Shown here in pieces: positions 36,761 to 45,994 of a stretch of DNA of 64,000 bases. The stretch's first letter is position 1. Each line of letters starts with the position of its first letter. The DNA is taken from contig CAZOXU010000001.1 in the NCBI GenBank assembly GCA_964583975.1, positions 99,552 to 163,551 on the forward strand, in the 5' to 3' direction. The DNA comes from an uncultured Planctomycetales bacterium. Lineage in GTDB: Bacteria > Omnitrophota > Gorgyraeia > Zapsychrales > Fredricksoniimonadaceae. The position numbers were made by a program, and so were the translations under genes. Under the pieces are notes generated by a model that was not told the DNA's origin, did no database searches, and saw nothing but the letters and a program-made list of their open reading frames with translations.

Positions 36761-37957
36761 CTATGCTATTTTCTTAAAGCTAATGTAGGGACTTGCCATT
36801 CCCCAAGATCTACGTAAATAATTTGTTTTCTTATAAGAGGCAACCATCTGTTGGTCTGAGCCTGTCTTTAAAACCTCCAACAATCCTTTAAGTTCTGTAT
36901 TCAATACAGATAGTTCAGGCTTTCGACTTCGACTAAAATACTTATCCATCAATGCAGGATAAGACACCGATTCAAACGGCATCTGTAAAAAATTATATGA
37001 TGAAAGATCTTTAATAAAGTCTGACACTGCTTGTACCTCTTGAGGGGTGATGATCTCTCCATCTTCAGAAGGAGTTGGTGCTCCCACTAAAAAGAATGGG
37101 AATGCTTTATAAAAATGATCCAGAAAACGTTGATAACGTTCTTCGAAAGACAAAACATTCTTATACCACAGATAATAATCCATCGTGGTCCATCCTGGCG
37201 AAGTTGCATGAATCTCACAATTAGCTTTTTTTAGAATAGATAAAAATTCAGGATATGTTCCCAAGTGATCCCAGGACACATACTGATTAAGCAAAACATC
37301 CTGCCACCAAGCTTCAAAAGGACGTGAAGCTTTTAATTGTGCGAAATCTTCCCCATAAAGCTCTTTCGCAACGGCTAAGGCTTGTTCGCTATGAAGATCT
37401 TTGATATTTCTCGTTTGACAAACACGTCTAAAAACCATTTGTCTCAATACTTCAAAAAAAGATCCATACAGATCGTCAAAAGAAATAGACCCATATCCAC
37501 CTGGAGCTATTAAACTACAGATCTTCAGAAGCATTGCCTCACGATTAGGAATCATCGTCAGGAATCCTTCAGCAATCATAATGTCATATTGCTTTTTTGC
37601 ATTAAACCCAGCGATATCAGTGTTAGCTAATTCTACAATACTGCCTTCCATACCGAAATTTTGAAATAAACTACGCAGTCGTGGGAGAACTTGTTCATTA
37701 GGTTCAACGAGTGTCAACTGCGCCCCAAGAGAAGCAAGATATAAAGCATTCTCACCAGAATTACAGCCAAACTCAATCACTGAACGATCACGAAACATCG
37801 ACAGGGGAATTTTAAGATGTCGTTCATAAAGGTTCTGACGCTTGATTTGATGATTCTCCCAGATTTTCTTATCTTCGATCTTAATCGGCACAGGATTGAT
37901 CTGATGGCTTTGATAATATTCAAGGATAGACATTAATTTATTAGAAGATTCTGGCAT
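36761..37957 (-). CDS. Class I SAM-dependent methyltransferase
   Basis: 'VIEFGCNSGENALYLA'. Confidence 0.6.
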   Translation of the reverse strand: MPESSNKLMSILEYYQSHQINPVPIKIEDKKIWENHQIKRQNLYERHLKIPLSMFRDRSVIEFGCNSGENALYLASLGAQLTLVEPNEQVLPRLRSLFQNFGMEGSIVELANTDIAGFNAKKQYDIMIAEGFLTMIPNREAMLLKICSLIAPGGYGSISFDDLYGSFFEVLRQMVFRRVCQTRNIKDLHSEQALAVAKELYGEDFAQLKASRPFEAWWQDVLLNQYVSWDHLGTYPEFLSILKKANCEIHATSPGWTTMDYYLWYKNVLSFEERYQRFLDHFYKAFPFFLVGAPTPSEDGEIITPQEVQAVSDFIKDLSSYNFLQMPFESVSYPALMDKYFSRSRKPELSVLNTELKGLLEVLKTGSDQQMVASYKKTNYLRRSWGMASPYISFKKIA

Positions 37958-37993
37958 TTACTCCTCCTATATTCTTGTTAGACACCCTCATGA

Positions 37994-39088
37994 CTACTTT
38001 TTTCCGTAAAATCGCTTAATACGGTCGATGATATAATCAATTTGTTTATTCGTTAGATTCGCTTCATTGGGAATACAAACCAGTTGTTTGACAAGGCGTT
38101 CTGCTACCGGAATCTTAGGAGAAAACTTACCACGATAGGCCGTATGGTATGGCATTAAAATCGGATGCTGGATCTTAGTTTCAATGCCATTCTTCATTAA
38201 ATATTCTCTAAGCTCATCTCGACGTGGAGCAAGGATCGTATAAGAATAGTACACATGGTCATCGCCTTTATCCTGAGGACATGTCACAACCCCTTTGAGA
38301 GCTGCTGTATAGCGCTTGGCAATTTTCCTAAGTTTTTCTAATTTAGCTTGGAAATGTTTCAAATTAACAGAAATCATGGCAGCCTGAATAGTATCGATAC
38401 GGCCATTAAGACTTGGAAAATGGCAATCATCACGGTTCACAGTACCCGCATAACGCAGCGATACCAAACGTTCGCATAATTTTGGGTAATCCGTCACAAC
38501 CGCCCCAGCTTCCCCATAAGCACATAATACCTTCATTGGATTCATACTAAAGCAACTAATGTCTCCAAATGATCCTGCGACACCAGAGGGAAGTCTGGCA
38601 CCGAATGCCTGGGCAGCATCTTCAACCAAAAAAAGTTTATGACGATTAGCAATGTCCTTAATGCGCGGCATATCACACATTTTGCCGGTGAAATGAACAG
38701 GCACAATGGCTTTGGTTTTTGGCGTAATAGCTTTTTCAATTAAATTTGCATTGATATTCAAATCTTTGCCAATGTCCACATAAACAGGTGTTGCACCCGC
38801 TAAGACAATGGCATTGGTCGTAGCGATCCAAGAAAGTGGAGTTGTGATGACCTCATCTCCTGGGCCAACTCCCAAGGCACGAAGTGCCAGATATAGAGCA
38901 TCCGTACCTGAACCCACCCCTACAGCATATTTCTTATCACACAAAGCCGCGATTTCACGTTCTAAGGTTTCGACTTCATCGCCTAAAATAAACCAGCCAT
39001 GGTCTAAGACTTTTTCTACGGCTTGCATTAATTCTTTCTTAAGAACCGGGTCTTTAACACTCAAATCTCTATAACGAATATAGATCAT
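37994..39088 (-). CDS. DegT/DnrJ/EryC1/StrS family PLP-dependent sugar aminotransferase
   Basis: 'YAVGVGSGTDALYLALRALGVGPGDEVITTPLSWIATTNAI' and 'FSMNPMK' (PLP lysine). Confidence 0.85.
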   Translation of the reverse strand: MIYIRYRDLSVKDPVLKKELMQAVEKVLDHGWFILGDEVETLEREIAALCDKKYAVGVGSGTDALYLALRALGVGPGDEVITTPLSWIATTNAIVLAGATPVYVDIGKDLNINANLIEKAITPKTKAIVPVHFTGKMCDMPRIKDIANRHKLFLVEDAAQAFGARLPSGVAGSFGDISCFSMNPMKVLCAYGEAGAVVTDYPKLCERLVSLRYAGTVNRDDCHFPSLNGRIDTIQAAMISVNLKHFQAKLEKLRKIAKRYTAALKGVVTCPQDKGDDHVYYSYTILAPRRDELREYLMKNGIETKIQHPILMPYHTAYRGKFSPKIPVAERLVKQLVCIPNEANLTNKQIDYIIDRIKRFYGKK

Positions 39089-40164
39089 AGTTTAATTACC
39101 ACCCTTCCGCTTTGGCCGCTGCGTATTTTATCCAAAGCTACATTTATTTGGTCTAATGAAAATTCATCAGTAATCAAACCATCAAGGGTCATCTTACCTC
39201 GTTTCATTAAATCAATGTAACGCGGGATCTCTAAATTTGGCTGAATGCTTCCCCCATGGGATCCTTTTAAAACTTTTTTAAAATGCAAAGGTAAGGTATA
39301 GATAGAAACATTGTCCCCCTTACGTGGAACACCAACGAGAATGGTCTTTCCATCAGGATGAGTTAATTCATAAGCTACTTCAATGACTCTTGAATTGCCT
39401 GTTGTATCAATAACAACATCTGCACCTTTTTCACCAACAATCTTGCGTATCTCGGCTAGATATTCTTTATTATCCTTGGTATTAAAACAATGCGTGGCAC
39501 CAAAACGCTTGGCCATATCCAATTTCTTATCAAATAGATCAACGGCAATGATGGGATTCGCACTCACCATGCTAGCGGATTGGATAATATTTAAACCAAC
39601 CCCTCCAACCCCAAAAACTACTACCGATTGACCGATTCGTACATGAGCATCATTATTAATGACGCCCATGGCGGTGGTCACTGCACAACCAAATAGAGGC
39701 GCGATCTTCAAATCAAAATCATTAGGGATCACTGTCAATCTGTTTTCTGAAACAATGGCATGATCATTAAAGGTTGTTACCCAACCAGAATTGACCTTCT
39801 GTCCATTCCAATTGTAGGTTGGTGTCGGAGCTTGAATACCATCACTTTGACGCCAGTGCATGACCACACGGTCATTAGGTTTAAGACGTGTGACGCCTTC
39901 TCCAATAGCTAAGACTGTTGCTGAACCTTCATGCCCTAAAAGATGTGGCAAGAATTTATCTGGCCCTTTGGCTCCTTCGATTTCATTAAACTGTGCCCCG
40001 CAAATTCCGCTGTAATGGACTTTCACGAGAACTTGACCAAAAGACAATCGCTTAGGCAACTCAATTTGAGCCACAACCAAAGGTTTATTAAGCTCGGTTA
40101 AAATAGCTGCCCTCATCGTTTTAACGGGAAGACCAGCTTCTACTGTCATCTGTGCTTGTTCCAT
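39085..40164 (-). CDS. Zinc-dependent alcohol dehydrogenase (MDR family)
   Basis: 'GICGAQFNE', 'GHEGSATVLAIG', and Rossmann 'VVFGVGGVGLNIIQ'. Start set at an internal ATG; the track ORF runs to 40224. Confidence 0.75.
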   Translation of the reverse strand: MEQAQMTVEAGLPVKTMRAAILTELNKPLVVAQIELPKRLSFGQVLVKVHYSGICGAQFNEIEGAKGPDKFLPHLLGHEGSATVLAIGEGVTRLKPNDRVVMHWRQSDGIQAPTPTYNWNGQKVNSGWVTTFNDHAIVSENRLTVIPNDFDLKIAPLFGCAVTTAMGVINNDAHVRIGQSVVVFGVGGVGLNIIQSASMVSANPIIAVDLFDKKLDMAKRFGATHCFNTKDNKEYLAEIRKIVGEKGADVVIDTTGNSRVIEVAYELTHPDGKTILVGVPRKGDNVSIYTLPLHFKKVLKGSHGGSIQPNLEIPRYIDLMKRGKMTLDGLITDEFSLDQINVALDKIRSGQSGRVVIKL

Positions 40165-40183
40165 ATTTTTTGACTCCACTTTC

Positions 40184-40849
40184 TTATTCAAAATAAATAA
40201 ATTCATAATCACCGGTATAACCAAATTCTTTCGCTAACCATACCCAAGCCTCATTATCAAAAAACGCTTCAGCGGTTAACGCCCAACATTGCAAATTAAA
40301 TTGTTCTTGTTCATTGCGGTAACTTTCCACCATAAAAAACTTTTGCTTACCCAAGCGTTCAATTTCACCGAATGCCTTTTTTAAATCAAAAATACGTAAA
40401 TTGTGTAAACAGCCTAGTGAAATGACCAAATCAAAATATTTGTCTGGCCAGGGATAAGGAACATCTTGAGCTTTACGAATAGAAAGGCTCTTTTTTATTC
40501 CTTCAGGAGCATCAGCAATACCGTGTTTAGAAATATCAAAACCATGTAATTCCGCATTAGGAAGCAATTGCTTTAATTCATATAGCACATGCGCTTTACC
40601 ACAGCCAACATCCAAAATCTTACAACCATCTTTGAGATTATATTTCTTGATAAGCACTTCAGCGATAGGCTTCCATCGTCCATCATATTTGTAACCGCCA
40701 TAACCGTAACGGCGATCGCCATCCCAATAATCAGCTTCATACTCTTTGGCTTTGAGCATGCAATGGACCTTATCATCCACCATACGATCGAGATATTTTC
40801 TTGCTGTCTTCTTGTGCAACGGTGTAAAAACTTCAACAAAACTTCCCAT
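40184..40849 (-). CDS. Class I SAM-dependent methyltransferase
   Basis: 'ILDVGCGKAHVLYEL'. Confidence 0.65.
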   Translation of the reverse strand: MGSFVEVFTPLHKKTARKYLDRMVDDKVHCMLKAKEYEADYWDGDRRYGYGGYKYDGRWKPIAEVLIKKYNLKDGCKILDVGCGKAHVLYELKQLLPNAELHGFDISKHGIADAPEGIKKSLSIRKAQDVPYPWPDKYFDLVISLGCLHNLRIFDLKKAFGEIERLGKQKFFMVESYRNEQEQFNLQCWALTAEAFFDNEAWVWLAKEFGYTGDYEFIYFE

Positions 40850-40851
40850 AC

Positions 40852-41379
40852 TTACTGACTCCTTTTGATGGTTTTAATAAAATTTAAAAAATTGGCTAAA
40901 GAATCTGCCTCGGATTTAACACCCGTCTCAATGATCAAATCTGGATTCTCTGGCGGTTCATACGGGTTTTCTGTATCGACCCCAATAAAATTTCGAATTT
41001 CTCCAGCTAAAGCTTTTTTATACAGTCCTTTTACATCTCTTTGGATGACTTGCTCTAAAGTTGCCTTCACATAGATTTCTGCATATTGTCCTGCGAAGGT
41101 CTCTCTTAATTCCCTACGTATCTGACAATAAGGAGTAATCACAGAAACAAATATATAATCAAACTCCGCTAAACGTTTTCGACAAAGATCAGCAATAAAC
41201 CTGTTATTTTGAAGGATATCTTCTCTAGTGAAACCTAAGGCTCGTGGATATTGCGAGCGGATCTCATCTCCATCTAATAACAGAACCTTCTTTCCTTCAC
41301 CCTCCAAAACCTCTTTGGCCTTTCTTGCGATGGTTGTCTTGCCCGCTCCTGAAAGACCTGTAAACCAGAAAATTCTCAT
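40852..41379 (-). CDS. cysC: Adenylylsulfate (APS) kinase
   Basis: 'IFWFTGLSGAGKTTIA' P-loop and 175 aa length typical of CysC. Confidence 0.85.
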   Translation of the reverse strand: MRIFWFTGLSGAGKTTIARKAKEVLEGEGKKVLLLDGDEIRSQYPRALGFTREDILQNNRFIADLCRKRLAEFDYIFVSVITPYCQIRRELRETFAGQYAEIYVKATLEQVIQRDVKGLYKKALAGEIRNFIGVDTENPYEPPENPDLIIETGVKSEADSLANFLNFIKTIKRSQ

Positions 41380-41381
41380 AT

Positions 41382-42344
41382 TTAAACAAGCTCTTGAATA
41401 CTCGCACTTCGATTAACTTTTAAATCTTTTAATTCTTTGACGGTACTTATCAAATGTTCGGTCGAAATTTGAAAACCTTTCATCAAACTTGACTGTGAAC
41501 CATACTTCTCAGCAAAAACATCAGGAATACCAATACGTTTGAAACGTTTAACGGTTGAGAAATTAGCTTCGGTAATAACTTCAGCAATAGCACTACCCAG
41601 TCCACCAATAATCGAATGTTCTTCAATCGTCACAATCACTGGCACGCGTGCAGCATATTTGGTAATTGTCTCGACATCCAAAGGTTTAATCGTAGGCACA
41701 TGCAATAATGCACACTTCAATCCTTGATCACTTAATTGATCAGCAGCTTCCAATCCGTTTTTAAGCGTAATGCCGGTTGTCATAATCAAAGCATCGGAGC
41801 CTTCACGCATAGCTAAAGCTCGTCCTATTTTAAAAGGAACTGTATCATTTGTAACAATAGGATCTCCGCCCTTAGCAACGCGAATATACATAGGTCCTGG
41901 ATAATCCACTGATTGCAGCATCGCGCGGCGCATCTCATCTGCATCAGCAGGTGCAATTACGGTCATATGAGGGATCGTACGCATGATCGCAATATCTTCA
42001 ATCGCTTGATGCGTTGGACCTAACGGAGCGTAAACCAATCCTCCACCATTACCAATTAAACGAACATTGAGATTATGTAATCCTAGATCGACCACTACTT
42101 GTTCAAAACAACGACGCGTTAAGAACGTAGCAATGGTATTAACGTAAGGGATCTTTCCATCCATGGCAAAACCAGCAGCCATCCCGATCATATTAGCTTC
42201 ACTGATTCCTTCCATAAAAAAACGGTCAGGCATTTCTTCTTTAAATTTCTGTAAGGTCCCGACTCCTAAGTCAGAACCGATAAAGAAAATTCGCTTATCC
42301 TTACGCGCCAGTTCATGGACCATCTCAAGACACAATTTACGCAT
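41382..42344 (-). CDS. Transketolase, C-terminal (pyrimidine-binding) subunit
   Basis: Split-transketolase C-half: 'FFIGSDLG', 'GMAAGFAMDGKIPYVNTIATF'. Confidence 0.85.
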   Translation of the reverse strand: MRKLCLEMVHELARKDKRIFFIGSDLGVGTLQKFKEEMPDRFFMEGISEANMIGMAAGFAMDGKIPYVNTIATFLTRRCFEQVVVDLGLHNLNVRLIGNGGGLVYAPLGPTHQAIEDIAIMRTIPHMTVIAPADADEMRRAMLQSVDYPGPMYIRVAKGGDPIVTNDTVPFKIGRALAMREGSDALIMTTGITLKNGLEAADQLSDQGLKCALLHVPTIKPLDVETITKYAARVPVIVTIEEHSIIGGLGSAIAEVITEANFSTVKRFKRIGIPDVFAEKYGSQSSLMKGFQISTEHLISTVKELKDLKVNRSASIQELV

Positions 42345-43174
42345 TACGCAATCTCCAATTCTGTCAAAAGCTGCTGAATTTCTTCATCCTTCAGGCCGCT
42401 TTTATGGTGCCACTTTAAATTACCTTCAGTACAATTCATGCCCTTACCTTTAAGCGTGTGACAGATGATGGCTGTTGGCTTATCAGATACCAAAGGGATC
42501 GCCTTTAAAGCGCTGCGCAAATCTGCCACATCATGACCATTGACTTCACGAACAGCAAAACCAAAGGCCTTCCACTTATCAGCAAATGGTTCAAGATTTT
42601 GCACTTCATGGACTGGGCCATAGGATTGAAACTTGTTATAATCTACCAAAACAACAAGATTATTTAATTTATGCTTACTAGCTGATAATGCCGCTTCCCA
42701 AACTGATCCTTCATTGCATTCACCATCACCTAATATGACAAAGATACGATGACTTGCTTTATCATGACGAGCACTGAGTGCCAGTCCAACTCCAATAGGT
42801 AAGCCATGTCCTAAACTTCCAGTAGAAGCCTCAACCCCTGGGATTTTAACCTCAGGATGACCTCCTAAAAGCCCTTCAGCTTCACAAAACCTCCATAATT
42901 CATCTTCAGGAAAAAATCCTTTGTCTTGTAAAACAACGTAAAGCGCCAAGCATCCATGGCCTTTGCTTAAAATGCAACGGTCCCGGCCCAACCACTTAGG
43001 ATTCTTTGGGTCATATTTCAAAACATCATCGTAAAGCACACGTAAAATTTCAATCAAAGACAAGGCTGGTCCGACATGTCCACGTCTGGTGGCATTGAGG
43101 ACATCAATGATTCTTCGACGTAAATATTTGGAACGTTGATCTAATTTGGTATTCTTAGCTCTATCTAGATGCAT
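42344..43174 (-). CDS. Transketolase, N-terminal (TPP-binding) subunit
   Basis: 'SKGHGCLALYVVL', 'GSLGHGLPIGVGLALSA', 'ILGDGECNEGSVWEA'. Confidence 0.85.
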   Translation of the reverse strand: MHLDRAKNTKLDQRSKYLRRRIIDVLNATRRGHVGPALSLIEILRVLYDDVLKYDPKNPKWLGRDRCILSKGHGCLALYVVLQDKGFFPEDELWRFCEAEGLLGGHPEVKIPGVEASTGSLGHGLPIGVGLALSARHDKASHRIFVILGDGECNEGSVWEAALSASKHKLNNLVVLVDYNKFQSYGPVHEVQNLEPFADKWKAFGFAVREVNGHDVADLRSALKAIPLVSDKPTAIICHTLKGKGMNCTEGNLKWHHKSGLKDEEIQQLLTELEIA

Positions 43175-44219
43175 AAGGAAAATTCCTGTAGGTTTCTTTG
43201 ATTTGACTGCTTAAATTCTTGGCCTTCACTAATTGTTCGAATCTAATAGTGGCTTTATCCTTAAGTATTGAACCTGCAAAATCCCGTCGTTTGGCATCTG
43301 AAGCGACAAATTCATTCAAACAAATCAAACACCATTTGAGTCCAAACACAGGAAAGTAAGTTTCTAATCGTGTTTGAAAATGCGTATCATCATTAAATAA
43401 ATCCTGCATACGCTTGGTAAACTGATGTTTATATTCCTCTTTAAGGTTCATGGCTGGATGCCACAAAAAATCAGCGGTCATCTTCACCGGATCATCCCAA
43501 CCAAAATATTCAAAATCTAAAAAACACAAATGTCCGTCAGGACGGCGAATAGCATTATGAAAACCAAAATCCGAAGGACTCAACGTTCTGTATTTCGAAT
43601 CAAGCGTTTGTTCCCAGGCAATACCAGCATCAGCCAATTTCTTCTGGGCCCACTGTTCAACTTGGTCCAACAAGGGCATAAATTCATTATACAAATATTC
43701 TTTAAGCGCTTTGTACTCGGGTTCTTGATGAAAACCAAAACGTTTTAAACGATTCCTTACTCCTGCCACAATATCTTTAGGTGAAAAAAACGCTTCAGAG
43801 GCAGAAGAAAATTCTTTAGCAGCCGCTTCGGTCTTTAATGTCTTTAAATTCACTAAAAAATCTGCAGCTGTATCAATATCTCGGCTGCTGATCTCTTGGA
43901 TTAAAGCACCATCAACGCATTCATACAAGGCACAGGATTGTTGGGGCCAGGCATTGATGCATTGCGGCACCTGACGATTGCCTCGGTCCCACAAAAACGA
44001 CAAACTTTTAAATTCTGTCCCTAATCGATCGCGCGTATCTGAAGGGTGCTGAAAATAAAACTTCATCACGCACTCTTGATTCGAAATTTCCAATCGAAAA
44101 AGCCTGCTGTTGCCTCCATGACGAATAGGAGTAACACGAGTCACCAGCTTGTCGGTCAACTCGCCAGCCAACTTTCCCACATCTTCCAAGGCTTGTTTAT
44201 CAACTAAAGAAGTGCTCAT
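43161..44219 (-). CDS. Phosphotransferase of the APH/choline-kinase family (candidate sugar kinase)
   Basis: 'GFHNAIRRPDGHLCFLDFEYFGWDDP' (H.N and D.E..G.DDP Brenner-type motifs). Confidence 0.6.
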   Translation of the reverse strand: MSTSLVDKQALEDVGKLAGELTDKLVTRVTPIRHGGNSRLFRLEISNQECVMKFYFQHPSDTRDRLGTEFKSLSFLWDRGNRQVPQCINAWPQQSCALYECVDGALIQEISSRDIDTAADFLVNLKTLKTEAAAKEFSSASEAFFSPKDIVAGVRNRLKRFGFHQEPEYKALKEYLYNEFMPLLDQVEQWAQKKLADAGIAWEQTLDSKYRTLSPSDFGFHNAIRRPDGHLCFLDFEYFGWDDPVKMTADFLWHPAMNLKEEYKHQFTKRMQDLFNDDTHFQTRLETYFPVFGLKWCLICLNEFVASDAKRRDFAGSILKDKATIRFEQLVKAKNLSSQIKETYRNFPYASR

Positions 44220-44841
44220 AAATCTCTTTCCAATGGTGCATAACCTTCATATTCTTCCTAGCAGCAACATTCTTAGAAGAATAAAGAATTTTAAAGGTAC
44301 CTTGGGGAAATGACTTCTCTAAAAAGATCTCCTCTAAATCATCAATAAAATGCGAACAATTTAACTGCTTGATTCTGCTAATTTTTTCTTCACGGGTGTT
44401 CTCAAAGAAAACCTGATCGCGTGATAAACCTAATTTTGAAGCTTCAAAGAACCCCTGATCCTTCATCCACTTCAAAGCAGCTTGCTGCAAATCAATTTTA
44501 TCGGTATCCTGAGCAGCATGCTTCGATTTATGGCTAACAATGAAGGTTGCAATATGCTGATCCTTACAAGCTCTAAGGAATCGCTCAACCCCTTCAATCA
44601 AACGCGCGCGGTTCATTTGCTTGCCATAAACCTCGGCCTGCAATTTTTGCCACTTGATTTCCCCTGCCGGCAGTCCTCGAAGATAATCTCGAATCTGTTG
44701 TTTATTTTCAACCGCCGCCTTTGCATCAATCAAATCTAATTCTAAGGCCGTTTGAACCATGGCCTCGTCATAACTCACTATCGTGTTATCAAAATCTAAA
44801 CCAATGATGAATTGGGTTTTAGGCATTAGCAGCAACCGCAA
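44200..44841 (-). CDS. HAD-superfamily hydrolase (candidate phosphatase)
   Basis: 'FIIGLDFDNTIVSYDE' (DxD motif I). Confidence 0.55.
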   Translation of the reverse strand: MRLLLMPKTQFIIGLDFDNTIVSYDEAMVQTALELDLIDAKAAVENKQQIRDYLRGLPAGEIKWQKLQAEVYGKQMNRARLIEGVERFLRACKDQHIATFIVSHKSKHAAQDTDKIDLQQAALKWMKDQGFFEASKLGLSRDQVFFENTREEKISRIKQLNCSHFIDDLEEIFLEKSFPQGTFKILYSSKNVAARKNMKVMHHWKEIYEHFFS

Positions 44842-45994
44842 TATTTTTCTTCGTATAAAAAGAACGTACTGTTTTGACCATATACTCCATCATCTCAGTG
44901 CTTAAATGTTGGTGTACTGGCAGGGTAATCATTGTACGGGCATCTTCTTCAGCCACAGGAAAATCGCCTTCTTTGTATCCCAGATAAGCCGATGCTTCTT
45001 GTAAATGCATCGCAATTGGATAATGAATCTTGGCGCGTATCTCATTCTTCAATAAATATTCTAAAAGTTGATCACGTTGTTTCACACGCAAGACATAAGT
45101 ATGATAAACCCACTTATAACCTGCAGGACGTTTAGGAACCTTGATAAAATCTCCTAAGTCTTTAAAAGCTTCATCGAGATAACGCGCATTTTCGATTCTC
45201 TTATCGGTAATCCAATGCACATCTTTGATCAGACGAAGACCAATAGCAGCATGGACAGAATCCAAACGACTGTTGTGCCCGAAGATTTTAATTTCTTCAC
45301 GGGTATTCATGCCGTGATTACGCAATAAACGTAAATGATCGCGCATTTCTTTGGAATTGGTCAGGATAATGCCACCATCTCCCCAGACATTTAAATTTTT
45401 CAAAGGATGTAAACTAAAACCAGCAGCTTCACCCCACATGCCAACATGTTTTCCATCAATGGCTGCCAAAATAGCCTGGGCCGCATCTTCGATGACCTTT
45501 AAGTTATGCTTCTTAGCAATGCGCATAATCTCGGGCATATCAGCAGGACATCCGCTTAAATGCACCGGCATAATGGCTTTGGTACGAGGTGTAATGGCCT
45601 TTTCAATTTGAGCAACATCAATGGTGTATCGTTCATTATTATCGACAAAGACCGGAGTGGCTCCGCACATGGCGATTGCACCAACGGTGGCCACAAATGT
45701 ATTGGCCGCAGTAATAACCTCATCACCTGGACCAATCCCGATAGCTTTTAAAGGCAAAATCAATGCATCTGTTCCAGAGCCAACACCAACGGCATAGGCG
45801 ACACCGGTTAATTTGGCAAACTGTTCTTCAAATTGGGTCACAGCCTCACCTAAAGTAAAGTCTCCTTTTAAAACCACCTTCTTGACCTCTGCGAGGTATT
45901 GATCGATATCAGCAAACTGCTCATTAAGATAGGAATATGGAACTTTCATGATGAACCTTTCATTTTTTATAAAACTCTTGCACACATTGGACAA
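44819..45994 (-). CDS. DegT-family sugar aminotransferase (tandem copy 1)
   Basis: 'YAVGVGSGTDALILPLKAIGIGPGDEVITAANTFVATVGAI' and 'KKHNLKVIEDAAQA'. Confidence 0.85.
   Translation of the reverse strand: MSNVCKSFIKNERFIMKVPYSYLNEQFADIDQYLAEVKKVVLKGDFTLGEAVTQFEEQFAKLTGVAYAVGVGSGTDALILPLKAIGIGPGDEVITAANTFVATVGAIAMCGATPVFVDNNERYTIDVAQIEKAITPRTKAIMPVHLSGCPADMPEIMRIAKKHNLKVIEDAAQAILAAIDGKHVGMWGEAAGFSLHPLKNLNVWGDGGIILTNSKEMRDHLRLLRNHGMNTREEIKIFGHNSRLDSVHAAIGLRLIKDVHWITDKRIENARYLDEAFKDLGDFIKVPKRPAGYKWVYHTYVLRVKQRDQLLEYLLKNEIRAKIHYPIAMHLQEASAYLGYKEGDFPVAEEDARTMITLPVHQHLSTEMMEYMVKTVRSFYTKKNIAVAANA

Noticed and set aside
40852-41379. APS-kinase homologue acting as a Campylobacter MeOPN-type (Cj1415-like) phosphoramidate kinase rather than in sulfation.
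   Set aside because: A bona fide ATP sulfurylase and a sulfotransferase with canonical motifs are present in the same locus. No glutamine-kinase-like or phosphoramidate cytidylyltransferase set is evident. The sulfate pathway is the simpler reading, though the alternative is not formally excluded.
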